A DNA stretch of 62,897 nt, counting the filler, from Globobulimina sp. (taxonomy: Eukaryota), in the NCBI GenBank assembly GCA_003354225.1. It is 48 parts of 48 records of this genome, joined end to end, with 100 filler letters (N's around TTAATTAATTAA, not from the genome) between each part and the next. Parts side by side here need not be neighbours in the genome. Positions count along the whole stretch, not along the records: positions 11,824 to 13,036 come from PIVH01020848.1; positions 13,137 to 14,349 come from PIVH01020849.1; positions 14,450 to 15,662 come from PIVH01020850.1; positions 15,763 to 16,975 come from PIVH01020851.1; positions 17,076 to 18,288 come from PIVH01020852.1; positions 18,389 to 19,601 come from PIVH01020853.1; positions 19,702 to 20,914 come from PIVH01020854.1; positions 21,015 to 22,227 come from PIVH01020855.1; 40 more parts are not named here. One strand, given 5' to 3'. Of this stretch, positions 11,824 to 24,955 are shown one piece after another. Both the position numbers and the translations under genes were made by a program. The notes below the pieces were generated by a model. The model saw only the letters and a list, made by a program, of their open reading frames with translations. It was not told the DNA's origin and searched no databases. The first letter of the stretch is position 1. Each line of letters starts with the position of its first letter.

Positions 11824-13036
11824 TCCCGTTATTTTGCTGTAATATGTCTTTAAATATCGACTGAAAAATATGCTGTGCGTCCAACAAATTGGCGTTAAAT
11901 AACTCAGCGATGATAATGCAGACATTGACGAACTTATCGCTGTCATTCCCGAACTGCAACTTAGTGAAAGTCTCATAGCAAATACTCCAAATCAGCTCTA
12001 ATATTTTCACGGACATTCTCCGTTTGGAGAGGGACACAATGATACTCTGACAGAGCGAGGAATATTTGCTGCCAAAAAACACCGGTTTCCCGATACACAC
12101 TGCATGGCGGATTACGCAGTCAATCAAGACCTCCACAGACTTGTTGTTCCCGCAATGAATGGCGATGAACGCGTCGAACTCGTCCGAAATAGCCTTGATA
12201 TCGCGGTTCCAAATCGTGTCTAGCAACGCATTGATTTTGTTCTCAAACTCGAAATTGTGTGCATTGGCCGGCGTGCTTTGTTTTAAATCGATATCACTTG
12301 TTTTTGCGAGCTCGAGTTGTTTTTCTTTACTTTCTGCACTTTCCACAGGTTTTTGGATCGGTGTTGGTGGATGTTTTATGGCGGAGGAGGTGGCGGGCGC
12401 GGTCACTGCGGAATTGACACTCTGAGCGTCGTGGTCGTGGTCGAAGGGCTCGTTCCAAGGCGAGGACTCTGCGTCGGACTCCAGAATGGGCGGTAATACG
12501 TTGCACGGCGTGCTGGACGGCGAATGGTGGTTGTTTTCGGGGGAGAGGCCGTCGGGAATGGTGAAGGAGGGATGGATGGATATGATGGTGTGGTTAGGCG
12601 GCGTGTTGGTGTTCAGCGAAGGGGACAATAATAAACGGTGTAATTTCTGCTGCAACGCCAATAATTCGCTGGTTAGATCGTTGAATTTCGAGTATTGTTT
12701 GTAATAATACTGCGATTGTTGCGTGTATTTGGAGTGTAATAAATCGATTTGTTCCTTGGAATAACATGGAAATTCTTTGTTTTCGCGGCGACTCATTTGA
12801 TAGGATAGCACCGCATAATCGGTGTTGAGCTCGGTGTGTAATAAAATCAATGACGTATTTTGCTCGCCGAGGTGCGTTTTGGTGGATGTTATTTGTTCCA
12901 CTAAATGTTGTCTCTCATATTTGCGTGGCTCTGCGAAGTCCATTTTGAATGGAATAAATTCACATGCGTTGGGATTCATTTTTTTTTCGTCGAAGGTCGG
13001 TACAAACAGCCGGACATCCACATCGTCGACATACCA
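11824..13036 (-). CDS. PAM2-motif plus MIF4G-like protein (PAIP1/eIF4G-like), partial
   Basis: MNPNACEFIP is a PAM2 motif. The C-terminal helical region KINALLDTI..FGSKYSSLC..VCIIIAELFNANLL resembles MIF4G. Confidence 0.7.
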
Positions 13037-13136
13037 NNNNNNNNNNNNNNNNNNNNNNNNNNNNNNNNNNNNNNNNNNNNTTAATTAATTAANNNNNNNN
13101 NNNNNNNNNNNNNNNNNNNNNNNNNNNNNNNNNNNN

Positions 13137-14261
13137 AACTCCATTTTCAATGCTTTTATTAATATTTGTTGTGATAACAATAATTGTCGCATTTGCTGCT
13201 TTGGTGATTCTTCCTCTTTATGTTCGATTGAACCATTTGTGTTTAATTTTTGTGCTCTCAGTGTATTATATTTTTTATTTTGGGAAAAAATTGATAATAA
13301 AGATAATTTCCAATGTTTTGTTGAACCAATTTCAAATAAATGAATGTCATCATTTACTAATACAGAATGATACATTGCTTTTTTGGGGCATTTTCCTCCA
13401 GCGATCCATTCAAATGTTAATAAATTTAAAATGTAGATATTATCAATGAATCCATTCTTTGTTCTCCCACCAAATGTAATAATATATCGCTCATTCTTCG
13501 TCAAAATATATCCAAATCCATACATTGGATGAGGCATAATACAAAATAATCGCTTCCAAATATAATTATGATCGGTGTTGCAGATCCACATTGTATCTAT
13601 CTCCCCATTCCATACATTTCTTTCATTTCCACCAAACATTAATATCTGTTTTGAACTTTCCAATGAAACAATACCTTGGTTTTGAATTGTATTATATTGT
13701 GGGGCTGCATTTATTTTATGTTCAATAAAACTCGAATTCTCCCAACTTAAATGTTTGCTACCTACAGAAAAATAAAAATAATGAAAAAAACAAACAAACA
13801 AAAAACTATAAAACATATATACCAATAACATGAAGCGTATCATGCAACATTAATGAAACAGGATTTTTCCCGACATTAACGATTTTACCATACATTCTCA
13901 TTGTTTTTGTATCCAAATTAAATTCCGTAAAACGTCCATCAAATAAATATATTATATTAAGTTGCAAATCTAACGTAATTGTATGATTTGCAGTGTTTAA
14001 GTTTGTATCATTTGGATATTTCATAAATATCTTCCAATTCATTCCGACATTATCATAAATTATTAACTGTTTTTGATTAAACGGTGCTACGATAATCGAT
14101 CCATTATTTGTTACCACTGGCTTACAGTAGCCTGGATACGGCACATTTTTACATTTTGTCCATTCATACTTGTCTTTGATTAATAAATTGAAATATTTAC
14201 TTCTTGGAAATGTGATTTGATATTTGCGATATTTCGTAGTCATTATATTTGATAAATGCAT
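13137..14261 (-). CDS. Kelch-type beta-propeller protein (intron 13762-13822)
   Basis: Repeats LHVIG|G, ILMFGG..W and IITFGG..IYILNLLTFEW. A GT-AG intron joins the two track ORFs. Confidence 0.8.
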
Positions 14262-14449
14262 TTTAAAATGATTTCCGCTTTTATCAAATAAATGAATATC
14301 GTCGGAAAAGCTTGTTTTAACTGCAAAATATTTATTTTTCTTGGGACATNNNNNNNNNNNNNNNNNNNNNNNNNNNNNNNNNNNNNNNNNNNNTTAATTA
14401 ATTAANNNNNNNNNNNNNNNNNNNNNNNNNNNNNNNNNNNNNNNNNNNN

Positions 14450-15662
14450 CTAAAATTTATGCTCAATGTCTTTGTGATGTATTTCATTCCTCGCCGCCGG
14501 AATTTCACATGTTTTTTGGCAGAATTTAGAAATTTCGACGACGACTTGGCATAAATGAGCCCAATCAGCGAGGACAGGGCCAACAATGGTAAATAGATGA
14601 AAGTGAACAAGGCGCCGGACACTGTGATCTCTAATGACGGGTTCAACGCATATATCGGCAAAGTGGGCTCGAGCGCGGTTAAGCCAATGATAGTAACGCA
14701 GAGTATCTCTAATTTGAACGCTAATAATAGTATGTTTTTGCAATTACTGCGCTCGAATTGTGCGTGTTCGATATCAAAGCGCGGCTTGCGAATGTTTTTA
14801 ATATGTGGCGGGATTTCCAACTGAGAGATCTGTTGCAACGACAAGAGCTTAAATATAATAATAATCAACAAAGGGATCAGTAACAAGACAAACAGGATGA
14901 GCGCGTATATGATATATGCAAAATTGAAGCCTAAATACACAAATAACAGGTCGCCAAAGACAGGGCCAACACAGAAACCCAAGCCAGAGGACAGCATATC
15001 CAATTTGGCGAAACAAGACCAGAGGAATAAGCTCGATTGGCGCACGATGTTGAAACCAATGCCGCTGCACATCCGGCAGACGATTAAATAGACCACGAAC
15101 TGCAAGTTATAGAAGCCATCGCTGCGCGACATGGCCACCGAGGACAGGATCATCAGTAATATGCCGACGAATAACATGCAGGAAGGGCCCAGCCGCAGTA
15201 TCAAAAAGGAGGAGATTGGCGTGGTGATCCAAGAGGAGATCTCGAAGGAAAATAGGATCAAACCGGCCTGGAAGTGGGAATACAAGGAAGTGATATGGAT
15301 GACACGCGTGTTATGGGCGTTGCCGTTGTTGTATGTGTCGGGGCACGGCGTGGCTTGCGATATCATGGAGAGAGGGAATAAGATATTCATGGAGATGATG
15401 AACCATATAATGGCAGCAAACAACGGCTGCCAACTCGCAATGGGTCCTTCTAGATTCAACCAGGTGTCTTCGAGGAAGAAGTCGTTGTTTTTGTGCGTTT
15501 TGTGTTTGGAGTGGTTCTTATTCAATTTGTCATAGATATCGTCGTAAAGTCCAAAGGATAGATCCCATGACCAATGCCATATGGACGGACCACTGCGGAC
15601 AATGCGATCCTCGTCGGGTGGGCGCACTGTGTCTGATTTGTCGCTTTTGTCCCAGGTGTGGT
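14450..15662 (-). CDS. MFS-type multi-pass transporter, partial
   Basis: Many hydrophobic helices plus MFS-like motifs RLGP, CRMCSGIG, GLGFCVGPVFGDLLFVYLGF and ALEPTLP. Confidence 0.7.
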
Positions 15663-15762
15663 NNNNNNNNNNNNNNNNNNNNNNNNNNNNNNNNNNNNNN
15701 NNNNNNTTAATTAATTAANNNNNNNNNNNNNNNNNNNNNNNNNNNNNNNNNNNNNNNNNNNN

Positions 15763-16975
15763 ACGACGTCGCCGCTGGAGATATCCCAATGTTGTTTGAA
15801 GCAGCAATCGATGTTGAAACTGCAATTTCGAATCAATTTGAAAATGCTAATATTAGCGACATCACATCCATCAAATATTGTAGCAGTAAAAAAAGCGTTT
15901 TTGCAACCGTTGTACCAGCAAATGTCGCACAAGATTTTGGATATTTAGTGGTTGTCGATGCGGAGCAACAAAGTATACAAAATATAATAACATTAACTGA
16001 CTGTTATTTGCCCGACCATGTTACCACAACGTCAGATTGTGCAAATATTATCATTTCCTGTGAAGGTGAACCGGATGACAACACACTGGAATTTCCTGCA
16101 TATAATCCACCGGGTTCTGTATGTATTGTTAATGCAGATAATTATGACGTGCATAATGTGGTATTTGATGCCTTCAATAATGCCGTGTTTGATGGTTTAA
16201 TTTATGAGCCACACATTGGTGAGCCATTCAGTGTTAATGTAGAACCAGAATATGCGGTGGTGGACGATGAGGATAAATATGCGTTCATTGTATTGCAGGA
16301 AAACAATGGCATTGCCATTTTAGATATCGCTGGCAAAGAAATTGTGGATATATTTTCGTTGGGAACGCGCGATTTGAGTGTACATGGCTTGGATGCGTCA
16401 GATAAGGATGGTACGATAAATATGTTGAGTTATCCTAACTTATTCGGTCTGCGTATGCCTGATGGCATCGAGTTTATGACTCAAAACGGCAAACAGTACA
16501 TTTTGACTGCAAACGAAGGTACGTATTATTATATTTGGCAAGAAATACTGTTTCCATGCAATACTGTTTCCATTTGACCCTATATTGTTTCTATCTGACA
16601 GTATAGCGCAGTGTTGTTTGTACGTAGTGTTGTTTATACACAACAACCAACACTAAAACTACATATTTTGTTGTAGGAGACTCTAAAGATTTTGATGAAA
16701 GTCGTGTTGGTGGAATTACTTTAAATGATGCGGCATTTAGCAACATTAATATTGCCCAGCTACAAACGGAATTTGTTATGGGTCGATTAAAAATAATAAA
16801 CCAATTAGGAAAGAATGCAGCAGGCGAATTTGAGCAATTATTTGCTTTCAGTTCTCGTGATTTTACAATTTGGGAAATAAAAAAAAGTGAAAATGGTAGC
16901 AATTCTATTACTGGCATTGAGCTGACGTATTCGAGCATGTCTGAGTTTGAAGAAATAACCGCAGCACAGATACCG
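15763..16975 (+). CDS. Choice-of-anchor I / MSP130-like (alkaline-phosphatase-associated beta-propeller) protein, partial (intron 16519-16676)
   Basis: EGEP, NPPGSV, EPEYAVV, LQENNGIA, LDASDKDG, GLRMPDGI and TANEG|D, then GRLKI and FSSRDFTIW after splicing. Confidence 0.88.
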
Positions 16976-17076
16976 NNNNNNNNNNNNNNNNNNNNNNNNN
17001 NNNNNNNNNNNNNNNNNNNTTAATTAATTAANNNNNNNNNNNNNNNNNNNNNNNNNNNNNNNNNNNNNNNNNNNNT

Positions 17077-17143
17077 GTGTAGTAATTGTAGTAGTAATAG
17101 TACTAGTAGTAGTGGTGGTAGTAGTACTTAGTAAGTAGTAGTA
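17077..17143 (+). repeat. Imperfect (GTA)n microsatellite
   Basis: gtagtaattgtagtagtaatagtactagtagtagtggtggtagtagt... Confidence 0.7.
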
Positions 17144-18388
17144 GAAGTCCCCAAATCCGACTTCCCACACCGGAAGCTCCCGTGGTGCACCACTGTGTCA
17201 CATAAGTGCACGCAGCAAAACCCTGCAATATATGCAGAAACAAATGAGGATACAATCGAATATAAATGGAACCAAAAAGATGGTTTCATGTCAGCTTTGA
17301 TTGTACAGTAATGTTCCCAAGAGCTAATTGTATAGAAAATGATGGTTTCTGTGGAAAGAGCAAAGTGAGCCATCATCACAGTTGTGAAGTTTTGGCGCTG
17401 GTCAGCACTTCATTTTTTTTGAAACATCGACATAAAAGTCGGCTAAACCAATCTTTGCCAAACAAACGTTAGGAATCAGTTGCCCCCTCACCTAGGAACT
17501 GAATCCACTGAATTAAAAGTATGTATACAGTGTCAGACAGCATATATCGCGTTTCTAACTAATTTAATGATTTTGTGCATATTTAGCAGTCACAGAACGT
17601 TCAAAATTCAAATCATATGGATATTTTAGGTATATTTATTCAGTAAAACATTGGGTCATTGGCAATTAATGCATAGATTTAATTTTATTGCAGATTTATA
17701 TGATATATCGTCTGATAATAATCAATATATTATGTATAAATAATTCATTATTATATAAATTTGGGACTCCACATATCCCATTAGTTTTCACAGCAAAAGG
17801 TTAAAAATTTAAATAAGCATAAAATCTTTTCACTGCCTATAACTACCAATATTATCACGCATAATATCCATTAAACATTGATCCCAAACTCACAAAAATC
17901 TGTCAAAAGTGTTACTAATTCAAATACTTTTCTGCTGAGCGGTGTATATAATAACTAGGGATATATGTTTAAGATCATTTTTTTGTGTGACAGCTTTTTG
18001 TATTAATAGATGGAACGGAAACAATTAAAAGAAGGAAGGATATCGATGATTTGAAAGGGAATGAGGATATTTGATTACATCTCCAAAATATTGTCAGATG
18101 TATACAAATGGAAAGTAACAAATAAATAAGTTTCTTGTCAAGAACCGCGAAAATATGATTAAAGTGTGTAAATATTCATTGGTAATCGATTCATAACATA
18201 ATATTTGATATTTCCATTTTTTCTCGTAAAAAGTACTAAAAACGCATTGCTAGTATGTTCAAAGTAGATGCTCAAAATATGCTGTTTTNNNNNNNNNNNN
18301 NNNNNNNNNNNNNNNNNNNNNNNNNNNNNNNNTTAATTAATTAANNNNNNNNNNNNNNNNNNNNNNNNNNNNNNNNNNNNNNNNNNNN

Positions 18389-19553
18389 TAATTGTGATTG
18401 GGATTTGTTGGATTTTTTTTACAATGAACCATTTAATATTCCCTTCAAAATGGAAGATGATAGAAGATTATTACGAAGAAAGAACAACAAAGAAAGACCA
18501 ACATTTTTAAGATTGTATTATGAACAAATTAGAAGATTTGATTGTGTTGAATTTAAACAATTGATGGAAAAATATGATTTAAAATCAACTGTGTTATACG
18601 ACAAAGCTAAATATAAAGAGAAGAAGAAAACAACTATTTTTTCATATTTTTTAAGGAAGCGTACCAAAGAAATAACACCAGATATAATTGAATTATTTGT
18701 AGAGGAATTAAATTTTGATGTCAATGAATCCATAGATGGCTTCACACCGTTGATATATTATTGTCGGGAAATGAAAAAGCCATTACCATCTGTTATCGAT
18801 TCATTTATTGAACATGGCGCGTCATTTGAGCATGAAATAAAAAAAAGTGAAAAATCTGTGGCTGACATTATTGTACGAGGACAGATAACAAATTTATCAT
18901 TGAATAAATTGGATATAATGATACAAAAATATGGTATAAAATTAATGAATGCTGAAAAACGAAACGATGACATTTGGCGAAACTCTCTTGGAAATTATTC
19001 ATTAATCAAAGCAGCAAAAATCTTTGTTTCTGCAGAGTTTGAACCGATTCATTTATTTGACGACAATGAAACTGATAAAAGTAAAAGCGTGAAAAATAAG
19101 TTATATTACTTATATAAAGTTGAAGCAATCGATGATGAAAAAATACAAAGAGAGGATGACAAAGAAATCATAGATAATGCATCAAAATATAATGGCGATC
19201 TCGTATGGATATATTTAAAACAACGATCAAAATCCATTTTCAGTACATGTCGAGCGCCTGAGTCATTTAGTCGTAAACGCGTCCAAATACCAACATCTTG
19301 GTTAGTTCCTATATCTTTTAAAGAATTTATCAAAATCATCAATGAAATAGAAAAAAAACAAGAAAATTTTGACAAAGCCAAAAAAATAGCACAGTCTGTT
19401 GTTGTTGATATGCCATTAATTAATAAAATTACATCATTATTACCGCACCAACATTTAATAAATAATATTTATCCTGACAAGAAATATAATATTTTAATGC
19501 GTTATCTCAAAACAAATCCGCCATCACAAATATCTGATCAGCCAAAGATATAG
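18389..19553 (+). CDS. Divergent ankyrin-repeat-like protein, partial
   Basis: FDVNESIDGFTPLIYYC..VIDSFIEHGA is ankyrin-like. The ORF is long, intronless and K/I-rich. Confidence 0.55.
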
Positions 19554-19705
19554 ATCAAATGAAGGAATTTGGAATTGATTTTAAATACAAAAGAGATAAA
19601 TNNNNNNNNNNNNNNNNNNNNNNNNNNNNNNNNNNNNNNNNNNNNTTAATTAATTAANNNNNNNNNNNNNNNNNNNNNNNNNNNNNNNNNNNNNNNNNNN
19701 NTGCG

Positions 19706-20737
19706 ATGTCATCGACTGTAGGTACAGAAACGAAACAAAATTCAACAACACCGCAAAAACAAAACAACACTATACCTAAAAATACCAAAAAGAAGAAGAA
19801 AAAAAAGCCAGTTTTATACCAAGAAACAGCAGTGAAATATTTCGATGGTTTTATGAAAAATAAACGCTATAAGAAAGGCATAAAGCTATCCACTGGATGT
19901 GCCATATTGAAAATAGCCTGGGAATTGCCAGAAAATAACGGACTGATATTGCCATCGCGTGTTATACGGCATATTAAACAAGTATTGCCTAAAAAACCTA
20001 AACAAAGCAAAAAGAAAAACCATAAAAAAGATTCCAATCAAGACCATACAGAAAAAGACTTGATTCGATCACGTACTATGATGCAAATAAGTGGTATAAA
20101 TACATTAAATCACAATGCATTGACACCGAATCACCAGATTGCTACACAAGTAACACAACAATTACGTCGCTCCATAATAGTAACAGCACATAAAAATAAA
20201 GAGGAAATGTTTGATGATAATATTGAAGCTGCAATTGATAATAAGTTACTTAATGAAAACTCTGCTATAATTCCGCAGAAACATGTACATATTTTATCAA
20301 AAAGTGTAGATAATTTATCATATAATCTCAGTGAAGAATCTGTAAATATAGAAACTAAATTATTGTTGTTAGCTGCATCGGATACAACTCTAACACCGGA
20401 TGTCAGTGATATTGCTACTTCGTCAAATATGTATCCCGGCCACGGTATGTTTAGACATATTTTTGTGTATGAATTGATATGTGATGTTTATCATGACTTT
20501 ATAGCGGATATTCGGATGGAAGATATGAAGCAGGATATAGAAGAAACAGCAATGCTGGTTATTCATTCAGAGACAGATCTAAAATATATGCATGACGAAA
20601 AGAAACAGAAAAAATCAGTGAAAAAGAAGAAAAAAAAGAAGACAAATGCATATGATGCACATGATACGACAAAATTGTTTACGAATTCGAAAATCAATGA
20701 AAAGAGGTCAAACTGTTTTTGTGTGTTTTTTGATTGA
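19706..20737 (+). CDS. Hypothetical Lys-rich protein
   Basis: 343-aa ORF with poly-K tracts. No family recognised, and the 3' end may be spliced. Confidence 0.55.
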   Translation: MSSTVGTETKQNSTTPQKQNNTIPKNTKKKKKKKPVLYQETAVKYFDGFMKNKRYKKGIKLSTGCAILKIAWELPENNGLILPSRVIRHIKQVLPKKPKQSKKKNHKKDSNQDHTEKDLIRSRTMMQISGINTLNHNALTPNHQIATQVTQQLRRSIIVTAHKNKEEMFDDNIEAAIDNKLLNENSAIIPQKHVHILSKSVDNLSYNLSEESVNIETKLLLLAASDTTLTPDVSDIATSSNMYPGHGMFRHIFVYELICDVYHDFIADIRMEDMKQDIEETAMLVIHSETDLKYMHDEKKQKKSVKKKKKKKTNAYDAHDTTKLFTNSKINEKRSNCFCVFFD

Positions 20738-21076
20738 GTTTATCAATAATTATAATCTTGTTTGAGAACTGATGAAATATATATATGCAACATAACTAAA
20801 CTATTTACTTCAGATCAGAATACTGCCTTTTTGAAAGTTTTGTGACTGATCAGCACATGGCATCTTCAGCAAAAATAAATATGGCTGTATTTGGATTTGT
20901 GAGAGAATCTGAACNNNNNNNNNNNNNNNNNNNNNNNNNNNNNNNNNNNNNNNNNNNNTTAATTAATTAANNNNNNNNNNNNNNNNNNNNNNNNNNNNNN
21001 NNNNNNNNNNNNNNGCCGATTGAGGCGCTTGATGCATGGATTAGTCACCGCCGTTTCAAGTTGGCGCTGCGCCTCC

Positions 21077-22205
21077 CGGCAGAGACGAATCGGCTCAGCG
21101 CGAAAATGACTCAGCGCCGCAGCGCGCAATTAAACAGCGCCAGTATGTAATATAAAGATAAAAAATAATAATTTGATAAAAATAGGATATTTTTTATTTT
21201 ATTAAAATAACGAAATGTGTTAAAAGTTAAACTGAAATACTACAATGCATTTATAACATGAATCATTAAAAATACGACAAAAATTTATATTTGAGGGACT
21301 TTTTCACAAATTTTTGTGAACAAATTATCGATATCGAAGGCATGATATGTGATAGAGGCTACTTTATCAGACTTACTTACATACCTATACGCATCGGCTC
21401 CTTTTGTAACAAGGGCAATTTTTCTGGGTCCTGAAACGATTATTGTTCAGACAGCTATTCAAATAGCAATAGTGCATAGTTTTGTGTACTGCACCTGTAG
21501 AAAAGTTTGGATTTGGATTATCGCCTCTTTCGGGTAACAACTGACTAAGAGTCCAAACCGGAATCTGTGCTAAGTCTTGAATGGGTTGGCACTGCTAGCT
21601 AATGCTCTAAAAACAAAATTTTAGCGAAATCGGCGACAATTAGGGTATACAACGTCCTTAACTAAATTGGTCAAATCGGTCGCTCTAATTGGTCGTACCT
21701 TTAACGTGTGGTCGCTCGGTCGCTCTGTACCAGAAAAGGCACCTACTATACTACTTTCATATCCTTGGAGTTTATTGTTTTTTTGGCAAAAACCGGATTC
21801 ACAAACGGACATCCTCACATGCATTTTTAGAGAAATTCGGGAATATTTTTTGGTCGAGAACGCGATCTTTGAGTAGAAAAATCCCTAAAAATCTGGAAAT
21901 TTCGCTGAAAATATTGATTTCTCCGGCTATTTTCCGAAATGCTTATGTATAATTGCAAATACTCAAGTATTTGACTAGAAAACCGGGTAGATATTTGAAA
22001 AATACTCGATTTAAGTATGGGTAGGTATACGCAAAATACTAAGGTATACTCAAGTATAAGTATTTTTGAGTATACTTTTAAAACAGTAAGCGCAACAATG
22101 ATTTCATAATCGCAGAAGGGTAAAAAACGCTGGGCGCTGTTTAATTGCGCGCTGCGGCGCTGCGGCGCTGAGTCATTTTCGCGCTGAGCCGATTCGTCTC
22201 TGCCG
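21077..22205. mobile_element. Non-autonomous element bounded by ~65-75-bp GC-rich inverted repeats
   Basis: cggcagagacgaatcggctcagcgcgaaaatgactcagcgccgcagcgcgcaattaaacagcgcc (21077-21141) is inverted at ~22133-22205, where an 8-nt unit is duplicated. The interior is AT-rich and non-coding. No TSD seen. Confidence 0.8.
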
Positions 22206-22408
22206 TAAATCAAGGCAAAGTGAGTAANNNNNNNNNNNNNNNNNNNNNNNNNNNNNNNNNNNNNNNNNNNNTTAATTAATTAANNNNNNNNNNNNNNNNN
22301 NNNNNNNNNNNNNNNNNNNNNNNNNNNGACTCAGAGGGAGTCGAAAGAGCCCAGAAGTGTTAGGATGGTCCAGAATGTATGCCCGTATTGCTTGTCTAAC
22401 GATGACGT

Positions 22409-23227
22409 GAGCCAACTAGTTCTCCTACCATTCCACCAACGGCACATCCAACCTTTCCAGGCACAGCAAGACCAACCACGACAGCACCGACAGATTCGAG
22501 TGGTACTGCCAGACCAACCTCACCCACTACACAATCACCAACATCACAAGGTACCGACTACCGATATACAATTACCAATACTGTATACAATTAATTTTGT
22601 TGTTTGTCTATTATTATATGTACAGGGAGTACTAACTGGAATTGTGTTGGTGTTTCAATGCCGGATAAATCCGAATTGAATGGAAATTATATCAAATCTG
22701 GCTCAAATGAAGATCGTTCATCTTATGTATTCACTAATGGAGGGATTGAATATTGGTTATATTATATTTATGATACATCAGATACTAATTATTATTGGGT
22801 CATATCGCACGAAAAAGGCAGTACTTGGGATCTTATGGCATACTGTCAACAATATGATATTGCACAATGTTCTGGTTCAACATTAATATTTATTTCAAAT
22901 TCGTGGAGTACTGACATAAATTCTTTTTTTTTTAATTGTGATACAACGACAATTGCTCCAACGGATATCAATAAAGATGGTGATGGCAAAAATAATGGTG
23001 GCTTACAAGGGGTTGCTACAATGTGGTGGATAATTATTATTGTATTGATCTTATTGTGCTTTTGTTGTTGTTTTATAGTGATGATTGGTTATAAAATATT
23101 CAGTGAAAGGAGAACAAGAAAAGCGACGTTTGAATATGACGAGGAAGAACATGGAGATGCCGTGCAAATGAATCAGCCATACACTGATCCATACAATGAA
23201 ACACATATTTATAGAGATGAAGATTGA
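22409..23227 (+). CDS. Type I membrane protein with Pro/Thr-rich stalk (intron 22551-22625), partial
   Basis: EPTSSPTIPPTAHPT..SPTSQ is spliced to GSTNWNC..LNGNY..YWVIS. A single TM WWIIIIVLILLCFCCCFIVMIGY follows. Confidence 0.7.
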
Positions 23228-23640
23228 TAAAACTCACTGCAGTATATATTTAGTAGGAGATATCCAAAAATAAACATAGCATTCTGAGTAAATTGTAAAT
23301 ATTTTCCTTTTACAAGGATTGCGTTGTTCATTTGTTGACGACCATTATGTGATTACTTTTGAATTATCCTCGCACACACGGAAGATGGTGATGTTACCAA
23401 CAAAAAACTATGATTTCATCATTAGTCAAAAAAACTTTAGCAATAATGGGCACTGAAATCTCAGTCAATACTGCAGAATTAGCTGTACCTGCAATGGAAA
23501 GAGAATCTTCCTATTCATCAACGTTTAGTACGAATATCACNNNNNNNNNNNNNNNNNNNNNNNNNNNNNNNNNNNNNNNNNNNNTTAATTAATTAANNNN
23601 NNNNNNNNNNNNNNNNNNNNNNNNNNNNNNNNNNNNNNNN

Positions 23641-24076
23641 TTGTTTGTATTAATATTATGTCACTATCATTGTTAAGACCTAGATCTTTTAATATATGTG
23701 GATCATAGCACAATGTGTTGATTGTCTTACGATTAATGCCCAATGATTGCAGTCCTGCTTTAAAAAGATCATATTTTGGGTCACAGAATTTGCCATCTTC
23801 AATAGCACAAATATATGATATCAGATCATTGGTATCCCAATCATGCAATGACGCAGTCTCTTGTAATGATACTGTTTGGTGAAATGATGCTATTTCTTCT
23901 CCATTTGCTTCTTTTACTTCGTTAACAATGCGATAATTATTGTTATTGTTCAATTGTGGTGAATTATTGTGATTTGTGTCAGGAATTGCGTTGACAGCAT
24001 GTGGATAAATATCAATGTCTACATTTGGTCGTTCTAATTCTTCTGGAGCTGAGCTAATGCAACCCATACACAACAC
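23641..24076 (-). CDS. SAM (sterile alpha motif)-like domain protein, partial
   Basis: WDTNDLISYI..LQSLGINRKTINTL..LKDLGL. There is a possible MGCISS myristoylation-type start. Confidence 0.55.
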
Positions 24077-24165
24077 AGCGCACTAGACCTAAAAACAAAA
24101 GGTTTTCGAACTATAATAATATACACTCTGAATCAAATAACAGTCTATTTAAAACAAATTAATTG

Positions 24166-24853
24166 ATGACTACAAACAATAAAGAAGAACTACCCCCTCT
24201 TGGTAAAACTGGCGCGTTTACATCAGCTTGCAGAGCATATGAATCATCAAAGCCGCCAAACAAAAGACATTTCTATGATCCATATGCTAAAATGTTTGCA
24301 GGTGCCTATGGCATGCAGTATTTGCATGAATTTTGCAAATTATCAAAAATGGACATTGAAAATGCTACATGGGGCATAAGAGAACGCACCGCATTTTTGG
24401 ATAAACAAATTTTAAAATGTGTTGAGAGTTTGTTGTTAGAATCAGAGAACACGAACAACTTCATTCAAATTGTCATGGTTGGTTGTGGTGGAGATACGAG
24501 AGCATTTCGATTACAATTTCCTGTGTCAAACATTGTTATTTATGAAATTGATTTACCAGCGGTTGTTGATTATAGAGACAAAATATTTAGCAACAATAAT
24601 ATATTACCACCTTCAAATATAATCATCAAAAGAATTGGAACAGATCTACGATATAAATCTTGGGTGTCTGATTTAATGGATAAAGGTTATGATAAAAATA
24701 AGAAATCAATTTGGATGTTGGAAGGTATATTGAAATATTTTGAACATGGTTCAACATTGGATAATGTTATGAAATGGATACATTCTATAATGAAATATGA
24801 TAGTTTTTTGATTGGAGATGTTGTAAATAACACACATATTAAATTAACTGCTA
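24166..24853 (+). CDS. LCM-family SAM-dependent methyltransferase, partial
   Basis: TSACRAYES..FYDPYAKMFAG, RTAFLD, QIVMVGCGGDTRAFRL, YEIDLP, DLR..W..L...GYD and WMLEGILKYF. Confidence 0.9.
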
Positions 24854-24955
24854 NNNNNNNNNNNNNNNNNNNNNNNNNNNNNNNNNNNNNNNNNNNNTTA
24901 ATTAATTAANNNNNNNNNNNNNNNNNNNNNNNNNNNNNNNNNNNNNNNNNNNNCG

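Noticed and set aside
19540..19601. Programmed frameshift extending the ankyrin-like ORF (DIDQMKEFGIDFKY in another frame)
   Set aside because: It is at the contig end, has no slippery site, and cannot be told apart from an indel error.
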